Below the pieces are notes generated by a model. The model had not been told where the DNA came from and did no database searches. It was given only the letters and a program-made list of their open reading frames with translations. A stretch of DNA of 64,000 nucleotides from an uncultured Rhodospirillales bacterium (GTDB lineage Bacteria > Pseudomonadota > Alphaproteobacteria > Rhodospirillales > UBA2165). Of the stretch, positions 36,126 through 45,416 are shown in pieces; position 1 is the stretch's first letter, and the number at the start of each line of letters is the position of its first letter. The DNA lies in assembly GCA_905614355.1 (NCBI GenBank), contig CAJQSN010000015.1:22325-86324 (forward strand). The letters are read 5' to 3'. The position numbers were made by a program, and so were the translations under genes.

Positions 36126-36905
36126 ATGACACAATCAACTAACCTTCCACTTATCGGTGTACCCACATCAATCATGAAAATACCCGGTACAAATTTTACG
36201 TCTCATGTCAGCGGTCAGCGTTATATAACATCGGTTAATAATTTTTCCAAATGTATTGCTGTCCAGATACCCTCTATGGGTAAAAAATATGACTACACCA
36301 ATTTCCTTGAACGCTTTGATGGCATTTTATTAACGGGCGGAAGAGCTAATATTGAACCTCATCATTATGGAGGTCTACCATTCCCTCCAGAGGAACCAAT
36401 TGATCCAGACCGAGATGGCACCGTCCTCCAAATTATTCCAACCTGTATTACTGCAGGAATCCCTTTACTTGGCATTTGCCGGGGCTTACAAGAAATTAAT
36501 GTCGCGATGGGTGGCTCGTTACATTACCGTATCAACCAAATACCTGGAAAAAATGACCATCGCATGCCAAGAGGAGATGACGTCACTGAAGAAGATATTT
36601 TTAAATTGCGTCACTCAGTTACTCTTACTCCTAGCAACTTATTTCAAAAAATGGTGGCTAAGGATAAAATTCTAGTTAATACTTTGCATGGTCAAGGTGT
36701 AGACCGATTAGGAGACGGCCTTATTGTCCAGGCAGTTTCGGACGATAATGTGATAGAAGGTATTAGTATCAAGGACCACCCAAACTTTGCGGCAGCAGTA
36801 CAATGGCACACTGAATTTCACCCAGAGCGAGAAGAACACACCCTATCTCGAAAACTCTACCAAGCCTTTGGAAGAGCTGCTAAAAATAGGATGCAAAGTA
36901 GGTAA
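36126..36905 (+). CDS. class I glutamine amidotransferase-like, gamma-glutamyl-GABA hydrolase (PuuD/peptidase C26) family
   Basis: 259 aa. GGRANIEPHHYG, nucleophile elbow GICRGLQEINVAMGGSL, and WHTEFHPE near the C-terminus. Confidence 0.75.
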   Translation: MTQSTNLPLIGVPTSIMKIPGTNFTSHVSGQRYITSVNNFSKCIAVQIPSMGKKYDYTNFLERFDGILLTGGRANIEPHHYGGLPFPPEEPIDPDRDGTVLQIIPTCITAGIPLLGICRGLQEINVAMGGSLHYRINQIPGKNDHRMPRGDDVTEEDIFKLRHSVTLTPSNLFQKMVAKDKILVNTLHGQGVDRLGDGLIVQAVSDDNVIEGISIKDHPNFAAAVQWHTEFHPEREEHTLSRKLYQAFGRAAKNRMQSR

Positions 36906-36970
36906 GGTATTCTCTCAAATTAAGAAATGACCAAAATTATTATCAAGCCAAATCCAAATAGAGCTAAGCT

Positions 36971-37477
36971 GTGCATAAAATAGTTATTACCTTGCTCGTA
37001 TTTTTAATATCGTACGATGCAGAGAGTTCAGAACCTTTGCTTCAGCCTTATGGAGTAATATTTGGTCAAAAATTTGATCGAAATCAACATAAAACTATTG
37101 CCCGACGCGGTAATGTGAGGTCAGTTGAACTAAAAACGACAAACCGCCCGGACGATACAGAAAAATTATTAGCTGAAATTTGTGATGATTATGGTCTACA
37201 AGTCATAACATGGCGAAGCCACATTCGCTCAGCATCCTCTGCTTTAACTAGTCATAACGAAATTCTAGAAAAAATAAAACTTAATTTTGGTGCACCAAAA
37301 ATAAAACATAAAACAGCTTTTTGGATTTCCAACGAGATTAATATTGTTGTTAAGATACGTCGCAAAAATAATATTTACCAAAATCAGATTCGTTACTTGG
37401 GACCGGAAAATAAACCCTGCTTTGAAAAATTTATTACACAGCTCGAGAAAAACCACCCGTCCCTTGAGTTAAAATAA
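36971..37477 (+). CDS. hypothetical secreted protein
   Basis: 168-aa ORF with a GTG start and a hydrophobic N-terminal signal-like segment (HKIVITLLVFLISYDAESS). No recognisable family. Confidence 0.45.
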   Translation: MHKIVITLLVFLISYDAESSEPLLQPYGVIFGQKFDRNQHKTIARRGNVRSVELKTTNRPDDTEKLLAEICDDYGLQVITWRSHIRSASSALTSHNEILEKIKLNFGAPKIKHKTAFWISNEINIVVKIRRKNNIYQNQIRYLGPENKPCFEKFITQLEKNHPSLELK

Positions 37478-37600
37478 AAGAATAAATAATTATTGAAAAT
37501 TCCGACATTATTCAAAATATAAAATAAATATAAAATAAATATAGATTTCTATCTTAATTTTGCTAAAAGCACTTATTAAGTCGCCCGTCTCTAACTTAAT

Positions 37601-37999
37601 TTATTTACTAACCATCGGACGAACCCGTTTGGTAAGAATGCCAATTAAAGCGCGTAGAAATGGATCAGCACTCTCTAATTTCTCCTCGAAAACTCTGCGT
37701 GAAATTACTAATGCTTCTGTTGATACTCCAACCGCCTGCGCTGATGCCATCCGCTCGCCATCGTCGATTAAAGCCATTTCACCAAAAATTCCGCCGACAT
37801 TGACTATTCCTATTGGAATCGTTTTACCATCATCGTGCCTAGATATTTGGACCATTCCATCTAACAAGACGAAAGCTGTATCACCTGATTCACCTTCACG
37901 AAAAATAAATTCCCCATCCTTATAAGTCCCTTTTCTTGAGCCGGCTGCAATCCTTGCTCTCAGCTTAGTAGGACCCTCATCTTTTTCATCGTCGCTCAT
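37601..37999 (-). CDS. stand-alone cyclic-nucleotide-binding domain protein
   Basis: 132 aa. cNMP-binding beta-roll motif GEFIFREGESGDTAFVLLDGMV...GGIFGEMALIDDGERMASA, with no DNA-binding or effector domain. Confidence 0.75.
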   Translation of the reverse strand: MSDDEKDEGPTKLRARIAAGSRKGTYKDGEFIFREGESGDTAFVLLDGMVQISRHDDGKTIPIGIVNVGGIFGEMALIDDGERMASAQAVGVSTEALVISRRVFEEKLESADPFLRALIGILTKRVRPMVSK

Positions 38000-38087
38000 A
38001 GCTGCCCAAATTCTTTCTTAGACTTAATAAATTTTTTTAAATTAACAACTTAACATTGACCGATTTCTATAATAATTACTTTTTTTA

Positions 38088-39191
38088 TTAAGGCAAACGG
38101 TCACGAATTTGAGGCGAGTTAGAGGCATAGCGATAACAACGAAAGATAATATTATTATCGGCATACGCAGGATGATCATACTCAACAAAGAATGGGGAAA
38201 CATACTCCCAAACTATTTCCTTGTCTGGCGTGACTTCGAATAGTCGGCCCCACAGCCCCTCACAAATCAGAGTGTTTCCTGAGGGCAATCGCTGGCAACC
38301 ACTAACAAACCAACTAACAAAAGAACGTGGAGGCGACCCGCTATAATTCCATACCTCTTCATTCGTTACAGGATCAATTTCAACCACCCGAGATCCAGTT
38401 TCCGGTCCATGGGTGTGAACGTCGGCACCATTGGCAAAAAATAAAATATTTCCGTTTTTCAGCATTTGTACATCGTGATGCTGTCCATACGAAATATCAT
38501 TGAGAAACCATTTTATTTTTTTAGTTTTGTAATCAATCATCGCCATTGTGTTGTTATTACGCCAATTAACGATGACGTCACCATTCGGACACGGTGAGAC
38601 GGTATTGGCATGAGCATATTCATGACGCTGAATAGTAGGGTCAATTGGAAACTGCTTCATATTCATATCTGTTAGAACATCCCATTCCCAGACCAAGTTT
38701 CCAGTAGGATTAATCTCGCGGATGACGTCAGTATAAATCGCCCCATCATGTTCTGTTCCCTCAATACCACCGGGAACAAGTTTCATGATGTCCGGGTCAG
38801 TAATTTTTTTCCATGCGGCATAGACAGTATTACCATTTGGTTTGCGTCGAAAATCATGGTGCTGCAAATGATCAATATACTCCCAAACAATATTACCGTC
38901 CCAGTCAAATTCAATCAAATGTCCTCCATTAGCTGGAAGCTGCGGATTTTCATCTGGTGTTCGAATAGCGGCGAGTAAATTACCATTTTCTAGCAAATAA
39001 GCATAGTTACCCACATCGTTTGGTAAATCCCATTTATGAACAACGGTACCCTCCATATCTATTAGATAGGTGTTATAAAGTCCAAGTGGTGTGAAAAGCG
39101 TGTAACCTTGTGTTGATTTATGAGGATTATGTTGTAACACGCCGCTTCGGGGATCAATTGCTGGCATTAGTTTTTTCCCTATTTTATTCAA
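38088..39191 (-). CDS. arylsulfotransferase (ASST)-like beta-propeller protein, apparently cytoplasmic
   Basis: 367 aa. Repeated ..NGN.L.. / HHD blades (LQHHDFRRKPNGNTV; GQHHDVQMLKNGNILFFANG). No signal peptide. Confidence 0.5.
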   Translation of the reverse strand: MNKIGKKLMPAIDPRSGVLQHNPHKSTQGYTLFTPLGLYNTYLIDMEGTVVHKWDLPNDVGNYAYLLENGNLLAAIRTPDENPQLPANGGHLIEFDWDGNIVWEYIDHLQHHDFRRKPNGNTVYAAWKKITDPDIMKLVPGGIEGTEHDGAIYTDVIREINPTGNLVWEWDVLTDMNMKQFPIDPTIQRHEYAHANTVSPCPNGDVIVNWRNNNTMAMIDYKTKKIKWFLNDISYGQHHDVQMLKNGNILFFANGADVHTHGPETGSRVVEIDPVTNEEVWNYSGSPPRSFVSWFVSGCQRLPSGNTLICEGLWGRLFEVTPDKEIVWEYVSPFFVEYDHPAYADNNIIFRCYRYASNSPQIRDRLP

Positions 39192-39230
39192 TAATAATAA
39201 TCAGAAAGCAATCTTTCACTATATTTAAAA

Positions 39231-39695
39231 TCACTTTTGCGCTTTTTCTAAAATTTCTCGAAGGTCATCATCAATTAACTCCGCCCTTTGAGTTTCTTTA
39301 TTAAAACAAACAGTAACAACCTCCGCAGAAGCCATACATTCATTATCACAGAAAAGCCCTTGCTTAAGTAAATAGGATGTCCTCCCGATATTTAATACTA
39401 ACGTGCCAACTTCCACAGAACCTGGATATTTTAACGCTCTCAAGTATTCAACTGAAAACTTTACTAAAACAAAACCAGCTAATATGTCTTCACTATAACC
39501 TGATAAATGATCCGCCCTAAACTGCACACGCCCATCTTCAAAAAAAGCATTGATTGCGCCATTATTAACATGACCATTTGGATCAAGGTCAGAATAACGA
39601 ATATTATTGGTAACCCAATCCGTATAAACCCCGCGTATTTTAAAATTAACTTCGGCTTTGGTTCTATCTTTTATCAAATTACAAATTCTCCACAT
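39231..39695 (-). CDS. hotdog-fold thioesterase (4HBT type)
   Basis: 154 aa. IRYSDLDPNGHVNNGAINAFFEDGRV pattern. Confidence 0.65.
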   Translation of the reverse strand: MWRICNLIKDRTKAEVNFKIRGVYTDWVTNNIRYSDLDPNGHVNNGAINAFFEDGRVQFRADHLSGYSEDILAGFVLVKFSVEYLRALKYPGSVEVGTLVLNIGRTSYLLKQGLFCDNECMASAEVVTVCFNKETQRAELIDDDLREILEKAQK

Positions 39696-40570
39696 GTAGC
39701 ATTCAAAACTTCAGTCATCAGTAGATCCATTGGCAACTCAGATTTTAACTTTTGATAATTTTTTTCTGCAACTTCTGGCAAATTAACTTGAGTAATACAT
39801 TCTCTGGCTTTCTTCGCGATCTCGCCAACTCCCGCGGTGAGGCATAGATCTGTATATACGTTTGACGGCCCTGAATACTCTAGAAGAACTGGCACTTTAT
39901 TAATTATCGAATGACAAATACGTGTAACCGATACTATGTTATGGCGTTCTGTTTTTTGGAGAGATAAATTTATTTTACTGCGCTCCATGAGAGAATCTCG
40001 AAGATAGACTGGAACCGACATTTCAGGATAGTAGACCTCGTACCCCGCATCTGAAATTTCTCCAACTAATCTTTTTCGGCGGTCGCATGGGAAACCGCAC
40101 ATCAAAAAATCAATGTCTTTTTCATTAGTCGGAATGGCTCTTAGGGCCTCCATTTTCTTAAGATAACCAAATGGTAGAACTGCGGTATTTGGATTAATCG
40201 AGTGGCAGAATTCAAATGATTCATCAAACAAACACCACACAAATTCGGCATTCTTTATCGCCAATATAAAAGCAGATAATGTTCCAGGGTCATCGCGCTC
40301 TGCTCCATAATTCCATACACCCTCAGGTGAAATCACCTCGGTGCAGACCATCCCATATTTCACATGACCAATTTTCATCTGATTCGGAAAGGTTGGCTCA
40401 ATATAAAAACGGTCAAAAAAAAGATTGAGGGCACCTGCATCAAGCTGGCTAGTACCTATTTTTACAGCCACTCCGCATTCTTCTAATGCGCCAGCTACGA
40501 ATCTTACCATATCTGCCATCATCTCCCAAAGATGTGGCTTTAAATTACTCAGCATAATATTTACGTTCAT
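39674..40570 (-). CDS. hypothetical protein, CgeB/GT1-like glycosyltransferase C-terminal region (tentative)
   Basis: DIDFLMCGFPCDRRKRLV...SKINLSLQK...VTRICHSIINKVPVLLE resembles the Glyco_trans_1_2-type region. Start taken at MNVNIML. Confidence 0.4.
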   Translation of the reverse strand: MNVNIMLSNLKPHLWEMMADMVRFVAGALEECGVAVKIGTSQLDAGALNLFFDRFYIEPTFPNQMKIGHVKYGMVCTEVISPEGVWNYGAERDDPGTLSAFILAIKNAEFVWCLFDESFEFCHSINPNTAVLPFGYLKKMEALRAIPTNEKDIDFLMCGFPCDRRKRLVGEISDAGYEVYYPEMSVPVYLRDSLMERSKINLSLQKTERHNIVSVTRICHSIINKVPVLLEYSGPSNVYTDLCLTAGVGEIAKKARECITQVNLPEVAEKNYQKLKSELPMDLLMTEVLNATCGEFVI

Positions 40571-40737
40571 AAAAAATCTATACCTAAAATTTCTCTGGTG
40601 GTCAGCCCCACCTTGTCTACAGTCGAAGTCAATAACACTAATCACGCTATAATTTTAAATTCAATAGATAAAATGGAATTATTCTTGTATAAATTAAAGG
40701 TTTGTTTGGTCGAAAAAAATCGGCTTAACAAACAGTG

Positions 40738-41652
40738 TTAAATTCGAGAATATTCTGATCTGATAGACATTTCATCTTGGGATTTAATTACACCTCGATT
40801 TGATAAATCTATAATATGAGCAAAAATTGACTGCTGAGCCGCTCCTAAAAGGCGATCATCCAAACCCTTATACATGTGTTCAACCATTAATAAAACTGTC
40901 GAGATTTCTTTATCTAAACAATCTAGAATTTGAGATTCACGCATCTTACGGTGGACGGTAATTGCCCGGACAAATCTCTGTGGGCTGTCAATCGGTGCTC
41001 CATGAGTAGGATAGTAAATACGATCATTTCTCTCAGCTAACTTTCGTAAACTATCCATATAGTCAGACATATTTCCATCTGGGGGTGATACCACTGTCGT
41101 AGACCAGCCCATAACATGGTCCCCCGTAAACAATACGTTTTCTTCATCTAAATGAAAACAGAGATGATTTGAAGTGTGGCCAGGAGTATGAATACAATTA
41201 ACAGTCCAATTCTCACCCCTCACTACATCCCCATCCTTAAGAACAATATCGGGGACAAATTCCATGTCTCCACCTGCTTCCACAGTGACCTCTTTACTAT
41301 ATGTTCCCGATCCATGAGAACCAAACCCATATGTCTTAGTACCCGTGCGAGCTTTAATTAGTTTAGCCGCTGGAGAATGATCACTATGAGTATGCGTTAT
41401 CAATTGATGTGTGATTTCCTCACCATCAAGTGCTGCCATCAAAGCATCAACATGATTTTTATCATTGGGTCCAGGATCAATCACCGCTACTTTCTCCGAG
41501 CCTATTATATAAGTCCCAGTACCTTTAAACGTATATGGCCCGGGGTTATTAGCAACTATTCTGCGCACCATAGGGCTAACCTGAACCATAACACCGTATT
41601 CACACTCAAACTCTCGATTAAATCCAATTTTGATCTTTTTCTCTTTTACCAT
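40738..41652 (-). CDS. MBL-fold metallo-hydrolase
   Basis: HTHSDHS motif, HTPGHT, TGDHV. Start taken at MVKEKK. Confidence 0.8.
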   Translation of the reverse strand: MVKEKKIKIGFNREFECEYGVMVQVSPMVRRIVANNPGPYTFKGTGTYIIGSEKVAVIDPGPNDKNHVDALMAALDGEEITHQLITHTHSDHSPAAKLIKARTGTKTYGFGSHGSGTYSKEVTVEAGGDMEFVPDIVLKDGDVVRGENWTVNCIHTPGHTSNHLCFHLDEENVLFTGDHVMGWSTTVVSPPDGNMSDYMDSLRKLAERNDRIYYPTHGAPIDSPQRFVRAITVHRKMRESQILDCLDKEISTVLLMVEHMYKGLDDRLLGAAQQSIFAHIIDLSNRGVIKSQDEMSIRSEYSRI

Positions 41653-41773
41653 AAATACTCTCAAACAGTCTATTTGGACTATATTGCACAAATCTATACG
41701 CAATAAACAGACCTAGCGTACTATCTTTAATAATCAAATTATTCTACCACATGAAGGACTTGACTTATAGGTC

Positions 41774-41801
41774 ATTTGATACAAATTACTAGGTATCAAA
41801 T
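41774..41801. promoter_or_regulatory. inverted repeat upstream of nadA (candidate operator)
   Basis: ATTTGATAC-N10-GTATCAAAT with perfect 9-bp arms, about 50 nt upstream of the nadA start. Confidence 0.3.
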
Positions 41802-41847
41802 AATATTTTGAGTTTTTTTAATACAGCGATGAGGCATCGTTGATCTG

Positions 41848-42852
41848 ATGATTAATACTATCGTTGAAGCTGGGGCTGACGCCGCCACGGAGAACTCCCT
41901 CGATCCTTTTTTTGACGTAGAAAACGGCATTAACCGGTTACGCCAGGAAAAAAATGCCATAATTTTGGCTCACTACTATCAGGCGCCAGAAATACAAGAT
42001 ATTGCTGACTTTATTGGTGATTCACTGGACTTATCTCGTAAAGCAGCAGAAACTGATGCAGATATGATTGTTTTTTGTGGCGTAAAGTTTATGGCAGAGT
42101 GTGCCAAGATCTTAAGTCCAGAAAAAATTGTTGTATTACCAGACAGTCAAGCAGGCTGTTCGCTAGAAGATTCATGCAAACCTGACGACTTTCAAAGATT
42201 TAAGGATAAATTTCCCGACCATATGGTATTGAGTTATGTTAATTGCTCTGCTGAAGTAAAAGCACTTTCAGATATTATTGTAACTTCATCCAATGCCAAG
42301 GCAATTATTGACCAACTTCCAATAGATCAAAAGATTATTTTTGGACCGGACCGTCATCTAGGTGCTTATCTAGCTAAAGAAACCGGAAGACATATGGAGA
42401 TTTGGCCTGGAACGTGTATCGTGCATGAACAGTTCAATGAGCGTGAATTGGTTAAGCTAATGATAAACCATCCAAACGCTTCTATCGCCGCACATCCCGA
42501 ATGCCCCGAAAATATCCTAAAACATGCTGATCACATCGGATCAACGCGATCTATATTAGAGTACGTGACAAAGGCTGGCGGCGATGAATTCATTATTGCA
42601 ACAGAACAACACATCATACACCAAATGCAATTAATAAGTCCGGGTAAAACCTTTATCGCAGCCCCTGGTGCCGATGGAACGTGTAATTGCGCAAATTGCC
42701 CTTATATGGCCCTTAATGATTTAGATAAACTATACCTTGCCATGAAAAACGAAGCACCTCGCATTGAAATGCCAGAAGAACTTAGAATTGCAGCCTTAGC
42801 CCCACTGCAAAAAATGTTAAATTTTTCTTCTTCACCTGGCGCAACAAAATAG
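41848..42852 (+). CDS. nadA: quinolinate synthase
   Basis: 334 aa. ILAHYYQ, DFIGDSL, VKFMAE, GCSLE.SC, YVNCSAEVKA, HPECP, CPYM motifs. Confidence 0.9.
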   Translation: MINTIVEAGADAATENSLDPFFDVENGINRLRQEKNAIILAHYYQAPEIQDIADFIGDSLDLSRKAAETDADMIVFCGVKFMAECAKILSPEKIVVLPDSQAGCSLEDSCKPDDFQRFKDKFPDHMVLSYVNCSAEVKALSDIIVTSSNAKAIIDQLPIDQKIIFGPDRHLGAYLAKETGRHMEIWPGTCIVHEQFNERELVKLMINHPNASIAAHPECPENILKHADHIGSTRSILEYVTKAGGDEFIIATEQHIIHQMQLISPGKTFIAAPGADGTCNCANCPYMALNDLDKLYLAMKNEAPRIEMPEELRIAALAPLQKMLNFSSSPGATK

Positions 42853-42871
42853 CAACTTTATAGGACATAAT

Positions 42872-43729
42872 ATGCCGATAATATGGCCAGATAATCTTAA
42901 TAAGAAAATCGTAGATGACATTATAAATGCCGCCTTCGAAGAAGATATCGGTAAAGGAGACCTAACATCTGTTGCAGTGATACCCAAACAAACCTATTTC
43001 ATGGGTATAATGTCTGCGCGAGATGAAATGGTATGTGCAGGGCTTCCTATTGCAGGCCGTGTATTTGAACTCTATTCAAAAAAAATTAAGTGGACCCCGA
43101 GAGCTTCTGATGGTGATAAAGTAGCCGCTGGAAGCGTATTAGCTAATATTCAAGGCCCTGCGATCGACTTGTTAACAGCGGAACGTACAGCAATCAATAT
43201 TCTCCAACACCTCTCTGGAATAGCAACATTAACCAGACTTTATGCCGATAAAATTTCAGATTTAGACACTGTCTTATTAGATACACGAAAAACAATTCCC
43301 GTCTATCGCCATCTGGCTAAATATGCAACTCGCATGGGTGGGGCAACTAACCATCGCATGTCACTAGATGATGGTGTCTTGATAAAAGATAATCATATTG
43401 CCGTATCCGGTGGGATTAAAGAAGCCATCAGCCGAGCCCGAGAGCATGGACTTACGAATATAGAAGTAGAGTGTGATACGCTAACACAAGTTATCGAAGC
43501 TCTCGAAGCGGGTGCTGATAATATTCTTTTTGATAATATGGACACTAAAACAATGAGTAAAGGTGTTGCTATCGTAGATGGTCAGGTGCCGACGGAAGCT
43601 TCCGGAGATATAGATCTCAAAACTATTCGTGCAAAGGCTAAAACAGGCGTAACGCATCTTTCTGTTGGACGCCTAACCCATTCGGCACCAGCTATAAATA
43701 TAGGCTTAGATTGGATTTCTAAATTTTAG
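42872..43729 (+). CDS. nadC: nicotinate-nucleotide pyrophosphorylase (carboxylating)
   Basis: 285 aa. GDLTS, ERTAINILQHLSGIAT, LDTRKT.P, GGATNHR..L.D..LIKDNH, LDNM. Confidence 0.9.
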   Translation: MPIIWPDNLNKKIVDDIINAAFEEDIGKGDLTSVAVIPKQTYFMGIMSARDEMVCAGLPIAGRVFELYSKKIKWTPRASDGDKVAAGSVLANIQGPAIDLLTAERTAINILQHLSGIATLTRLYADKISDLDTVLLDTRKTIPVYRHLAKYATRMGGATNHRMSLDDGVLIKDNHIAVSGGIKEAISRAREHGLTNIEVECDTLTQVIEALEAGADNILFDNMDTKTMSKGVAIVDGQVPTEASGDIDLKTIRAKAKTGVTHLSVGRLTHSAPAINIGLDWISKF

Positions 43730-43760
43730 AAATTAACTGGCTAAAATCTTGAATTTCTAA

Positions 43761-45416
43761 CTATTTACGCTGATATTTATTCAATATTATTATAGGTCCT
43801 AGGCCAACAAAAATAATAATAATAGCGGCTAAAGCAGACTCCTCAAGTAACTCATCTTTTGCTAACTGATAAACGAAAGTTGCCAACGTTTCATAGTTAA
43901 ATGGCCTCAATAGCAAAGTCATAGGTAACTCTTTCATTGCGTCAACAAATACAAGTATACCTCCAGCCAGCATAGATCTAGATAGAAGAGGCGGTGACAA
44001 TTTAAACACGGTCCGAGAAAAACTATACCCAAGCAGCGCACTAGCTGCGAACATATTGGGAGATAATCGGCTTACACCTGCTACGATAGCCCCATAACCA
44101 ACAGCTTGAAATCTGACAACGCAAGCCAAGATCAACAATCCAGCCCCCCCAATCAAAAAACCATTATTTGCAGCCACCGAAAAATATACGTAGATCTTCT
44201 CAATTATCCCGTCTACTCCGCCCGCAAATGTAACAACCCCAATTGCCAGAATTGCTCCGGGGAAAGCGTAGCCCAATGACGATATCGTTGAAAGCCAGAG
44301 AAGAAATGGCTGTTTTTTATACGTAGTTGTAACAACCATTATGGTCGCAAGACAAATCACGATAAGTGACACAATAAACGACAGAGTAACACTATTGAAG
44401 GCCGCTGTGATCAGTATTTCTGAATTAGAAGTAGATAATCCTCTAAAAATAAAATTTAATAAAATACTTACTGGTATAATGAAGCCCAAAATAATGGGTA
44501 GCACACAAATAACTATGTAAAGAACTGATCTACCAGTAGATGCGACCTGAAGTCGAACTGAGACATTTTTCTTGGTATTATCATAAAAACGCTGCCGCTT
44601 TCTAGCTCCACGCTCAATCATTAAAAGTGACAGAATAAATATAAAAGCGATGCCTGCAATTTGCGCTGCAGCAGCAATATTATTCATTCCAAGCCAAATA
44701 TTGAATATCCCTAAAGTTAACGTTTCCACAGCAAAAAATTCTACAGTACCAAAATCTGAGAGAACTTCCATTAATACAAGCGCCAAACCAGCTATAATAG
44801 CTGGCCGTGCTAATGACAAATCAATAAGAATGGCGCTTGATGGCTTCCGTATTTTAGCAATCTCAAGGTAAGATCGTGAGGTTTGCCGAAATGCTGTGCG
44901 AGCTAACAAATAAATATAAGGATATAGAACTGAAGACATCACAAGGATCGCTCCGCCCATAGATCTTATCTCAGGAAACCAATAGTCACGCGCAGAAGTC
45001 CAACCAAAAATATCTCGCAACACTCCTTGGACGGGGCCAGCATATTCCAAGAAATCGGTATAGGTATAAGCAATTATATATGCTGGAACAGTACAAGGTA
45101 GTAACAATCCCCATTCGAGTATTTTGGAAAACCAAAAATCAAACCGGGCAATAATCCAACCAGTTGAAATCCCAAATGTTAAACTAAGAATACCAACACC
45201 AAACATCAAAATTAGCGTATTCAACGCATAGCGGGGAGCTACCGTTTGCATCAAGTGGCTCCAAATTCCCTCAGTATCTCCAGTCGCCACTACAAATAAC
45301 GCGACAAATGGACCCACAAAAACTAATGCAACCGCTAACGTCGTAATGGACCATCCATTAAAATAACCGTAAAATGATCTTTTAGCATGCCAGAACGTAT
45401 TATTACCAACCAACAC
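43761..45416 (-). CDS. fbpB: Fe(3+) ABC transporter permease (two fused permease domains)
   Basis: 551 aa with about 12 TM segments in a duplicated permease architecture. Overlaps the fbpA-like gene end. Confidence 0.75.
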   Translation of the reverse strand: MLVGNNTFWHAKRSFYGYFNGWSITTLAVALVFVGPFVALFVVATGDTEGIWSHLMQTVAPRYALNTLILMFGVGILSLTFGISTGWIIARFDFWFSKILEWGLLLPCTVPAYIIAYTYTDFLEYAGPVQGVLRDIFGWTSARDYWFPEIRSMGGAILVMSSVLYPYIYLLARTAFRQTSRSYLEIAKIRKPSSAILIDLSLARPAIIAGLALVLMEVLSDFGTVEFFAVETLTLGIFNIWLGMNNIAAAAQIAGIAFIFILSLLMIERGARKRQRFYDNTKKNVSVRLQVASTGRSVLYIVICVLPIILGFIIPVSILLNFIFRGLSTSNSEILITAAFNSVTLSFIVSLIVICLATIMVVTTTYKKQPFLLWLSTISSLGYAFPGAILAIGVVTFAGGVDGIIEKIYVYFSVAANNGFLIGGAGLLILACVVRFQAVGYGAIVAGVSRLSPNMFAASALLGYSFSRTVFKLSPPLLSRSMLAGGILVFVDAMKELPMTLLLRPFNYETLATFVYQLAKDELLEESALAAIIIIFVGLGPIIILNKYQRK

